Source of the DNA: Ylistrum balloti
Taxonomy: Eukaryota
NCBI RefSeq assembly: GCF_031769215.1
Contig: NW_026782188.1
Location: 1,364,001 to 1,428,000 of the forward strand
Direction: 5' to 3'
Length of the DNA stretch: 64,000 nucleotides
Part shown: positions 14,505 to 26,329 of the stretch, one piece after another
Position numbering within the stretch: position 1 is the stretch's first letter
How the letters are laid out: each line of letters starts with the position of its first letter
Position numbers and translations under genes: made by a program
Notes under the pieces: generated by a model
What the model saw: the letters and a program-made list of their open reading frames with translations, nothing else
Databases searched by the model: none
What the model was told of the DNA's origin: nothing

Positions 14505-15480
14505 TCAGCTTCACCAGAGTGTGTATATATATATCTATGCATGTGTGTAAAGATATTTAAATACTATTCAGTATTGTTGGCCTAGAGAAGTCAATTAACT
14601 TGTGTAACAACAATTAAATCTATCTATCTATATATATAATAGATGTCGATGAATCTTCATCTACATAAGGACGGACCGGAACAAAAGGGAACGAAAGCAC
14701 ATGTACAATCAATTTATCCGGAACTTGTGTGATATGACAAAGATAACCATACATATGCGACCCAAGGAACCACTCAGACGCCTTGCTAATGTTTTGGCGA
14801 CCTAAATACTGAGGTCTCCTCTGGTACACGAAACTCCGCCTTAGGTTCCGGAAATGATCGCACGTGACCGTCGTGTTGCTGAAATGCTTTTTTTCTGTGT
14901 TAGATTTTCCAACTACGTCTTACGCTCGACAAAACAAGGTAAATTGTGTTGTAGGTTTTTTACTTTAACAAGTAATTGGTATTAGAGCTTTATCCCTTGG
15001 TGTCATTCAATGACAAAGTTCGAGACAGATCAACACAAAACGTCCAGTCACGTTTCATCTGGCGTATGATAAATTCTACATACAAAATCTGTGATAATAA
15101 CACAAAAAGCATGTACAACTAATAATAATCTCAACTGACAATGGCATTTTTTCAGCACAGGTTTCAAAGTCAGATTCTTTATGAATGCATTGTGCATTTT
15201 CTACTTAAACATTGTTATAAAAAATCACTTAGTAAGATAAACCATTTGGCCGTGTCAAGCAAAACGCTTGTAGTACAGCAAAATCATATACGAGAAAGAA
15301 ATGCCACACCATGGCTGTCTAAATAAGACTGCACTTGTAAACAAGCTGGAAATGTACGCCCTTGAAATTTTCCTTATGATATATGGAACAACATTTACAT
15401 GATTGCTATTTCTGCATTCATTTCTTCCTCATCTTTGAGAGTAATTGTATTTATTGGAACAGCCAACACCTAGCTATTTC

Positions 15481-15488
15481 TGACGTCA
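15481..15488. promoter_or_regulatory. Perfect palindromic CRE (TGACGTCA)
   Basis: Exact motif match. Confidence 0.4.
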
Positions 15489-15924
15489 CAATTATGACGA
15501 TACCACTACATTGACATCACCATCACTTTTTCAGGCTTCTCTGGACTCCTTACGTGTTACCTCTTTATGTTGATGTCTGCCTGATATGAACAGTAATTTA
15601 CCATTATTTAATCGTCACGCGTGTATGTTAGGCACTGCGTTTTGTGCAGTTGTTTCTTCGTAGATGGAATTCTCTCATATTTTCACAAAAATCTTTCAGT
15701 CTCTATATGTCACATAAGCACAAAGCTGATACAAAGTTTGGAAACCTTTTCAACGCATAAACAACCAAAAAAGGCGAGGAAAAAATTACAACTGGAAAAA
15801 TTTGAAAAAAGACTACACATTTTTTCGTTTATGAAACACCCGAGTGAATGAAGCAGTGTCAAAATGATTTGCACTAAAGAACTACGCTTCTGGTTCTTAT
15901 TAACGGCATAAAAAGTATAAAGTA

Positions 15925-16109
15925 TGATGTAGCATCACTGATGAGTCCTAGAAGGATGAAACAGCTGTATGATGTAGCTCACTGACGAGCCCTAAAAGGA
16001 CGAAACAGCTGCATGATGTAGCATCACTGACGAGTCCTAGAAGGACGAAACAGCTGCATGATGTAGCATCACTGACGAGTTTTAGAAGGACGAAACGGCG
16101 GTTTGATGC
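15925..16109 (+). ncRNA. Tandem array of four ~45-nt minimal hammerhead ribozymes
   Basis: Each unit is UGAUG-uag-CAUCA (stem I), CUGAYGA (core, at 15938, 15982, 16027, 16072), GUCC-uagaa-GGAC (stem II), GAAA, then palindromic ACAGCUG(U/C) (stem III) and H17. The cleavage triplets are GUA (cut after 15969), GCA, GCA and GUU (cut after 16103). Confidence 0.9.
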
Positions 16110-17009
16110 AGTTTAATACATTGTTTGACTCTACTCTGTCTAACTCTAAATTTGTATTGAAAGATGGTATTCACTTCTGTGTGTTTTGTACAATCACAAT
16201 CTCTGTCCAGATGTACACGCCACCAACGAGTGCTATCCTTTCATTAAAGCTGGTCGCTGGGACGTTGGAAGGGTCGTCACAGAGACGGAGTACACATCAG
16301 TCGTGTCATAATCTTATTCACACGCAACATAACTGAAAAGCCTTCCATACACACCCAACAAACTTCAATCATAGCATCCTTTCCGTACTAGTGGCATTTT
16401 ATTGAGTTATGTCCGAAATTATAAGTAATCAATCAATTTGGAATATTCCAATGGCTACTCGTCACGAAATGTCAAATGTTAGAATGGCTTGTATTGTTTT
16501 AGAGACGAACAGAAGAACTGATAAGAGATCGTGGATGATAAACCAGTCACGACGTCTTTCACCTCGCGGATGCTGATAACGTAATTGTATATATTCCATC
16601 TTTTATGTGGTGTATATATATATATATATATCAACAAAATTAAGCTCTCGTCATGCAACCAACCTTGCTATATCGGAATAGCCTCCGGAACTCTACCCAT
16701 AATATGCCTATCATACAAAATGCACTGAAAGCCAACATGAATCACCAAACAAAGACATTACGATAACAAGAAAACTCAAATGCCACAGTAACATTAAATA
16801 CCCGAAGCAAAACGATCATGAATATTTTTCAAAACATCTTGGATAAGGATTACCGTTATGAAGTGAGTAACAGTATCGAAAAAAACAAAGTACAAAATCT
16901 TATAGAAACTCTATATATAACGTATGATATACACATATCCTGTTATTTAAATGAAATAAATGAAACCATTTACTTTTACATAGCATTAATAAAAACAAAT
17001 AAAAATGAT

Positions 17010-17660
17010 AACAAAAGGCCCAAGGGGCCTGTATCACTCACCTGGCTATGCTTGGCCGAAATTGCTTCATTAAAACATATCTTTTTTCCTTTTCTATCCA
17101 ACCCTCTGTCACTAGTGGGTCAGCCAAACCATTCACATTTCAAAACCCCTTGGAGGCCGAGACCTACCGTTTATACAGAATTGATTCCCCTTCGCCCAAG
17201 AATACTTCTGATCTAATTTAGGCAAAACCCAATCATTCCTACAGGAAGAGTAGGATTTTAAAGAGTTTGCCCTATTTCCCCTTTCAGGTCTCTCCTCTCC
17301 CCTCCCAGGGGCCGAGACCCACAATTTATACAAAACTGATACTCCTTCAAACCCCACTGTTCATGTCGGACCAGGTGAGCTATACCTTGTATAAATAATA
17401 TAAAAACAAAATTAAGTCTTACATAAGAGTTCCTCGGAACTGTATGTGTGGCCTGCATAAAGTGTCACGGTCACCCAGAAATCGATGTGGATGTGCAATG
17501 ATCAACCATAAAGTTGTAATATCAAATTTCATTTCTATAACTTGAAGCATAAAGGGAAAACTGCGCAAAGCAATATTCCTGAGAAATTTTCCAAGTTCAA
17601 AGGGACATATCACTGCCAAAAAGGGTTACAGACTGCCAAGTAGCGAACTCGCTGCGTAAC
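17010..17660. mobile_element. Fragments of bivalve non-autonomous, satellite-carrying (Helentron/HINE-like) repeats
   Basis: Starts ACAAAAGGCCCAAGGGGCC..., similar to the terminus of the element at 26754; internal degenerate repeats. Family assignment is from recall. Confidence 0.5.
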
Positions 17661-20600
17661 ATTTGACCAAGAACCAAGAAAGACGACGCGTGACGACGGA
17701 CAAAGTGATCCCTAAGTGTCCGCCAGCTCTGCAGGCGACACAAAAACTAGCGGTAAACATTATCATAATCCTTGGCGACGGATAATCATGACGTAACGCT
17801 TGACATAAAGATGGCGACATTTCGAATTTGCCGCTTTGCCAAGTATTCCACCGTTTAATGTTTTTCTTTCTTCTGACTAAACGAAACTGAATGTAAAGAT
17901 GGAAATCCACAAAATAATCGCTTCATTGACCTCTGAACAAAAAAAATGACGCAATTAAATACCGTGAATAGAACTAAAGATATAATGCAAGTATAACGTT
18001 ACGTTAAGGCTGGGACAGAAATATTTTCTAAAAATGTGATCTTTAGTGGCTGGCAGTCGAGTAGAAGAACCTTACACGATGGAACATATAACTAACATGT
18101 CCTCCAGGAAGTTGTATTTATAGCGATGTACTTGTCATAAATCATGGAAAAATAGGTACATTACGTGTTAATGAAATTGTTACTTCATATACTTAATGAA
18201 AGTAGATTAATTGCTGGCATTTGAATGTGATGATCAAAATGCCTGACAACACGGTGTAAATATCTTAACTGTGATGTAATACATTACGTCTACTTGTCAG
18301 AATACGTTATAACGTTACACGTATGGCAGGTTTGAAATGCGAATAATGGATAACATTATTTCCCTTGTCACGTACATCAGACGTCAGGTAATGCCAGGCA
18401 CAGCGGGGATACAATGTTTACAAGCGTACCAAGGTCATGTGGAACACCATTATGTAAATCCTTATAAGGAAACACAAATGAAATCTGGATCAAGCGTAAA
18501 AAAACAACATATGAACAGTTAAACGTGAAGAATTACAAGCCATGCTAAAGAGAGAAAAATAAAACAATAATCACATTTGAATAGCTATGCCAGCTATATG
18601 CAATGTATTGAGAACGAGGAGTAATAAAAAGTATTACAACCATTGTCGAAGACAATGTACCGACATACCGTAAAAATGGCTGTTCTGTCTCAAGAATTAC
18701 TCTGTAGAATCTGAGTAGCGAGTATATAAGCATTTATAAACGTGAACACTGAACAGGAGTGATTTGGAAAAGTGTTCCCCTCTACAGGCCAAATATTATA
18801 CTATATAAACTCAACATACTCTACATTATAGTATTGAACGAAGAAAGTTTAACAGAGACGTTATCCTTGTTTTACAAATGACACACAATGGTAGATACTG
18901 TTTTCCTCTCATTTGACAACAGCTCATTTTCCGTTTATGATATGAATATAAAAAAAAACTGTGTACTACCGTGTAGTACAACAACTTGACGCAAAGGAAA
19001 CACTAAATGTATTTCTTTTCTTTCGACATAAATGCACTATGACCTCTACACGCAATGTTTCCGAGTTAGTAGTTTTATCGATGGAATTCTTTCTCGTTTA
19101 GTATTAAGTTCCAAGTGTCTATTCAACACGATTAAATGATGAATAGGTATCAAAATACAAATCTAAAATCCCAACGTTATCAATTATTTATCTATTTAGT
19201 TATTTTATTACTATTGTTTTGCAAGCATAATTATAAACATTATGGTTAATGTTATACTGTGACAAAGCAAATCGAATAATGTGATGTGTAATTCAAAGAT
19301 TTCAAAAAATCTCTGATTAATCTCCAACGAAATTCTGGAAGACAATAAGTGTTGTAGATTAACTCATTGCTTGACTTAGACTTATAAAATAATGAATTTG
19401 TACTGAATGTGTATCTCTTGTAAAACCCTTTCGAGACAGGCAAGTCTTTACAGAATTTGGATAAGCTCCATTGTCGCAATCAAGAATTTATTGTTAAACG
19501 TTTTTGTGACAAAGTTAAATAAATTGACTGGGATTTATACTGACGATATCATGTTTGTTGCACAAAAATTGATGTACGTCTCGTAATTGATCCATTAAGA
19601 AGAAATTAATCTAAGCACGATACACGTGACTAGCTTGTTTTCATCTTCTATAATGGACGCGTACATATTTTGTCTTTCTGTTTTGCATATTTTCGGTCAT
19701 TTTGATTTATATGTTACCATGATAATAATAAATATAACATTATATAAAGAAACGATCCATCAAAACATAAAACTTGGTAAAAACAAGAAGCTGCAGTTTT
19801 ATAAGTGAAGTTGACAGATTTAAAACTGCAATAAACGAAGTTTGCGCAATATGATGTGAAAAATAAAAGTGAAGTGGGCTAGATATTGGGGGACAACACA
19901 TGTGTGTCATTTTAATCTGTGTGTATCAGCAAACAGCACGAGTCGCGTGGTGTCTAATGACTCATAATGAATTCATGATAGACGGTGTGGTTGATACGTA
20001 TTTACTCCGCATCGATATTCTAAGTAGAAATCTAAACTCTTGTTTAGAATTCTAAACACACTTTGTGTACACGTTGACGGCGGTTTTTCTAACATCCACA
20101 ATTATTCAAACTTCGTGAAAAGCCACGTTCACGACACAAATTTCATCTTACGATTCCAAGCACACAACACAACTGGGAAGAGAATGAGCAAATCTCTCCA
20201 TTATTCAATTCATGAATAATACCTGTCAATATATTTACTGTCACGTTTTAAAAAAGCAGAAAAAAAGAATTATGTCTGACGACAGAAAAAGAATTATCAA
20301 ACACTCCGCCATAGGTAGTGCACTGAGACACATTCTTAATTTGAAGAAACGCGTGACCCTGATATATATATACAACCTTAATTATCATCAATGTACACGT
20401 AGTACAACAATTAATCAACGCAGATGTTAAAGTGATAAATGCTTCTTTATAGTAAATATCATATGTAAATAAATGTATTCATAATCAACACATACACAGA
20501 CCACAGACTTTCTCATGTCAAGCCATAAAACTTTTCATTGTACATTGTATAACGACCTAACGTTTACTCGAATAGAGGATAGAGGGTTTTTATACTGAGT

Positions 20601-22451
20601 ATGGTGTGATATGGAATACGATTACATGGAATTATCAAAGTAAAAGAAGTGAATTATGATAAAAGAAGTCGGTCATTTAGGTGATACAGTGATGGACAAA
20701 GCCAACTAATAAAGTTCCAAGAAAGCCAATAAACAAAATGATTTTTCAAAGTTGAAAAGTTGAGACAAGAAAGAAGACAAAACCAAAAGGGTCGTAAAAC
20801 AGGAAAGGCAGTAAGAACTATACAAACACAAATTCCCGCGCATGTGGCACATGTCATAACATCTCCATCTGCATGTATATCACCCTTGATCCTTAATCAT
20901 GATTCACACGAATGTAACATAAGTGGGCGTAACTATGACAACCGAGAAATGTCTTCAACTTTAATTAGCACCATCTCATGTATTTCGAGATTCCTTGGCT
21001 ACGCTTGTATTTTCCTATCCTTCCTGAAAAATTTCTGCTGTTCAACCAACCTTAAAATACCATGCCTTCTCTTATTGAAGGAAATCTTGTATGTAACAGT
21101 AGTATTCGTTTTGTGTGATGACATAAAATAAATTGGTGACATTTTAGTGACAACCTTTGCACTGGGAAAACTCTAATAAGTTTCCGTTTGTCAAATATGA
21201 TATCATGTGTATGTAATTAAAAGGAGATGATTAATTAAGTACATTCAATGACGGACACCAATCTCACGACAACAAAAGAACACTGAAAATACATGGAAGA
21301 ATTACATTAATTCTGCTTCAACATAGAACGGTGTTAGAATGATTTAGCTGCTGAAACTGACATTCTGCAAGTAAACTTCAAAGAAATAAAAACTCGTCAG
21401 CAAAAGCAGCAAGACAAGAATGTCTCACTCCCTCCTTTACTAAGGCATCCACACGCGCCTTATGGTTGTAATGCACGAAAGACACTAGCGATTAAATCAA
21501 TGCAAATAAGAGTAATTTGATTTCAGCACAACTTGCTAGGGCTATATTGTTAATTAGCAGGTGTGTCGCGGCCAGGGTTACATTGGTATGCCCAGGCACA
21601 TTGCGTGCTTTGAGGAACATTTAAATGTATTCCATACACGGTAATGTAACATTACGCCACAAGAAATCAGAATTCCGCATGCTTCCTCAAAGACAATGCT
21701 GCATTCTTCCTCTTAGATAGGAAACATATTGTGGTCTTGATTGTGCAATAATTAACATCGTTTTAGGCACTTCAAAGCTGAAATGGATTAATCAGAGGGA
21801 CTTGATTTCTATAATAATAAAAAATGACCTGCTTTCCATTGGTTTTTAAAGTATTTCAAGTTTTCAACCATATCTGTTATTCTTTTTAGGCAGATTCTTT
21901 CGAAATGGAGAAGTTCTCAACATTTGTCGTCCGCGCTAAGATATAAAAGTGGCTATGAATAACATTAAATATGACACATTCCATCTGCTTGTTGCTTCAA
22001 TTGAGAGCTATTTGAATTACATTCCTATCTCAATTCATCGACGACATTTCAGAAAATATCTTATATTGGAAGGTCGTCATTTTTTTACAATCTAGAATGA
22101 CATATATACTTAATGTTGACATATTTCATGAAAAACGTGAGAAAGTATTTTTGGTAGAATTATCTTTGTATTTTATATACAGAGTCGGCAACATGCTCGG
22201 TGGAAGATGATATAACTACTTACACGATAAATATAATTATACATAGAACGCATCCTCTATCAATCATCTGCTTGTTCTGTGAAACATTTTGAATTCAGTT
22301 TTATGACGCATAATACCATAGTTTACTTCATTCATACTATCAATTAACTTGTTCATATATAAAGGCATATCTGTGCATGTATGCCAAATTCTGAAACGTG
22401 ATTGATAGCTTTGCAAATGTTTTTCATCACGTTCATACAGAAACATGCGCA

Positions 22452-25400
22452 TTTGTGAATTTACTGATTTATCGACGTCTATATGTCTGACATTCGAGAG
22501 TTATACTGATTTATCGACATCTATATGTTTGACATTGGTGTGATTTACTGATTTATCGACATCTATATGTTTGACATTGGTGTGTTTTACTCATTTATCG
22601 ACATCTATATGTTTGACATTGGTGTGTTTTACTGATTTATCGACATCTATATGTTTGACATTGGTGTGTTTTACTGATTTATCGACGTCTATATGTTTGA
22701 CATTGGTGTGTTTTACTGATTTATCGACGTCTACATGTTTGACATTGGGAGTTTTACTGATTTATCGACGTCTATATGTTTGACATTGGTGTGATTTACT
22801 GATTTATCGACGTCTACATGTTTGACATTGGGAGTTTTACTGATTTATCGACGTCTATATGTTTGACATTGGGGAGTTTTACTGATTTATCGACGTCTAC
22901 ATGTTTGACATTGGGAGTTATACTGATTTATCGACGTCTACATGTTTGACATTGGTGTGTTTTACTCATTTATCGACGTCTATATGTTTGACATTGGTGT
23001 GTTTTACTGATTTATCGACGTCTATATGTTTGACATTGGTGTGTTTTACTGATTTATCGACGTCTATATGTTTGACATTGGTGTGATTTACTGATTTATC
23101 GACGTCTACATGTTTGACATTGGGAGTTTTACTGATTTATCGACGTCTATATGTTTGACATTGGTGTGATTTACTGATTTATCGACGTCTACATGTTTGA
23201 CATTGGAGAGTTTTACTGATTTATCGACGTCTACATGTTTGACATTGGGAGTTTTACTGATTTATCGACGTCTATATGTTTGACATTGGTGTGATTTACT
23301 GATTTATCGACATCTATATGTTTGACATTGGTGTGTTTTACTCATTTATCGACATCTATATGTTTGACATTGGTGTGTTTTACTGATTTATCGACGTCTA
23401 TATGTTTGACATTGGTGTGTTTTACTGATTTATCGACATCTACATGTTTGACATTGGTGTGATTTACTGATTTATCGACGTCTATATGTTTGACATTGGA
23501 GAGTTTTACTGATTTATCGACGTCTATATGTTTGACATTGGTGTGATTTACTGATTTATCGACGTCTACATGTTTGACATTGGTGTGATTTACTGATTTA
23601 TCGACGTCTATATGTTTGACATTGGTGTGATTTACTGATTTATCGACGTCTATATGTTTGACATTGGTGTGATTTACTGATTTATCGACGTCTATATGTT
23701 TGACATTGGGGAGTTATACTGATTTATCGACGTCTATATGTTTGACATTGGTGTGTTTTACTGATTTATCGACGTCTATATGTTTGACATTGGTGTGTTT
23801 TACTCATTTATCGACGTCTATATGTTTGACATTGGGGAGTTATACTGATTTATCGACGTCTATATGTTTGACATTGGTGTGATTTACTCATTTATCGACG
23901 TCTATATGTTTGACATTGGTGTGTTTTACTGATTTATCGACGTCTATATGTTTGACATTGGTGTGATTTACTCATTTATCGACGTCTATATGTTTGACAT
24001 TGGTGTGTTTTACTGATTTATCGACATCTATATGTTTGACATTGGTGTGATTTACTGATTTATCGACATCTATATGTTTGACATTGGTGTGTTTTACTGA
24101 TTTATCGACGTCTACATGTTTGACATTGGGGAGTTTTGACCGATTTATCGACGTCTAAATGTTTGACACTGGTGTGTTTTACTCATTTATCGACATCTAC
24201 ATGTTTGACATTGGTGTGTTTTACTCATTTATCGACATCTATATGTTTGACATTGGTGTGTTTTACTCATTTATCGACGTCTACATGTTTGACATTGGGG
24301 AGTTTTACTCATTTATTGACATCTATATGTTTGACATTGGTGTGTTTTACTCATTTATCGACATCTATATGTTTGACATTGGTGTGTTTTACTGATTTAT
24401 CGACGTCTACATGTTTGACATTGGTGTGTTTTACTCATTTATCGACGTCTACATGTTTGACATTGGTGTGTTTTACTCATTTATCGACGTCTATATGTTT
24501 GACATTGGTGTGTTTTTACTCATTTATGACGTCTACATGTGTGTTTTATATGTTTGACTGACATTAACACTGTAAACTATGACAGCGTGTGGTACTGATT
24601 TACTGTCTATATGTTTGACATTGGTGTGTTAAACTATTTGACATCTACATGTTTGACATTGGTGTGGTACCTATCTCTGTGTATATGTTTGACATTAACA
24701 CTGTAAACTATTGTTGGACAGCGTGATAGGTACCTATCTCTGTGTATATGTTTGACATTAACACTGTAAACTATTGTTGGACAGCGTGATAGGTACCTAT
24801 CTCTGTGTATATGTTTGACATTAACACTGTAAACTATTGTTGGACAGTTGGTGTGTTTTACTCATTTATCGACATCTATATGTTTGACATTGGTGTGTTT
24901 TACTCATTTATCGACGTCTACATGTCTGACATTGGGGAGTTTTACTCATTTATTGACATCTATATGTTTGACATTGGTGTGTTTTACTGATCTCTGTGTA
25001 TATGTTTGACATTAACACTGTAAACTATGTTGGACAGCGTTAGGTACTATCTCTGTGTATATGTTTGACATTAACACTTATCGACACTATTTATCGACAT
25101 CTATATGTTTGACATTGGTGTGTTTTACGTGATTTATCGATCTCTGTCTATATGTTTGACATTAACACTGTAAACTATTTTACTTAGGTTTTATCTCTGT
25201 GTATATGTTTGACATTAACACTGTAAACTATTGTTGGACAGCGTGGTGTGTACCTATCTCTGTCTATATGTTTGACATTGGTGTTAACACTGTAAACTAT
25301 TGTTGTGACACGTGATATCTGGTGTGTTATGTTTGATTTAACACTGTCTATATGTTTGACATTGGTGTGTGATAGGTTTTATCTCTGTGTATATGTTTGA

Positions 25401-26258
25401 CATTAACACTGTTTGACTATTGGTGTGTTTTACTCATTTATGATATGTTTGACATTATATGTTTGACATTGGTGTGTGTTTATGTTTACTATATGTTTGA
25501 CATTGGTGTGTTTTACTGATTTATCGACATCTATATGTTTGACATTGGTGTGTTTTACTGATTTATCGATGTCTACATGTTTGACATTGTTGTGATTTAC
25601 TGATTTATCGACGTCTATATGTTTGACATTGGGGAGTTTTACTGATTTATCGTCATCTATATGTTTGACATTGGGGAGTTTTACTCATTTATCGACATCT
25701 ATATGTTTGACATTGGAGAGTTTTACTCATTTATCGACATCTATATGTTTGACATTGGGGAGTTTTACTGATTTATCGACGTCTATATGTTTGACATTGG
25801 TGTGTTTTACTGATTTATCGACGTCTATATGTTTGACATTGGTGTGTTTTACTGATTTATCGACATCTATATGTTTGACATTGGTGTGATTTACTGATTT
25901 ATCGACGTCTATATGTTTGACATTGGTGTGTTTTACTGATTTATCGACATCTATATGTTTGACATTGGTGTGTTTTACTGATTTATCGATGTCTATATGT
26001 TTGACATTGGGGAGTTTTACTCATTTATCGACATCTATATGTTTGACATTGGGGAGTTTTACTCATTTATCGACATCTATATGTTTGACATTGGAGAGTT
26101 TTACTGATTTATCGACGTCTATATGTTTGACATTGGTGTGTTTTACTGATTTATCGACATCTATGTTTGACATTGGTGTGATTTACTGATTTATCGACGT
26201 CTATATGTTTCACATTGGTGTGTTTTACTGATTTATCGACGTCTATATGTTTGACATT
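22452..26258. repeat. 42-bp minisatellite (TTACTGATTTATCGACGTCTATATGTTTGACATTGGTGTGTT), with a scrambled zone at ~24530-25500
   Basis: Direct periodicity. It produces the spurious TLVCFTDLSTSICL ORFs. GACGTC/GACATC/GATGTC variants look like CpG decay. Confidence 0.97.
24540..25480. repeat. 63-bp unit (TTGACATTAACACTGTAAACTATTGTTGGACAGCGTGATAGGTACCTATCTCTGTGTATATGT) interleaved with the 42-mer
   Basis: GACATTAAC recurs at 24691, 24754 and 24817 (63-bp spacing); mosaic hybrid units occur on both sides. Confidence 0.85.
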
Positions 26259-26329
26259 GAAGATTTGTACTGTTCTCATATGTCTGTATGTCTTATAGAA
26301 TACATATAATATGTTTTTATATGTTTGCA

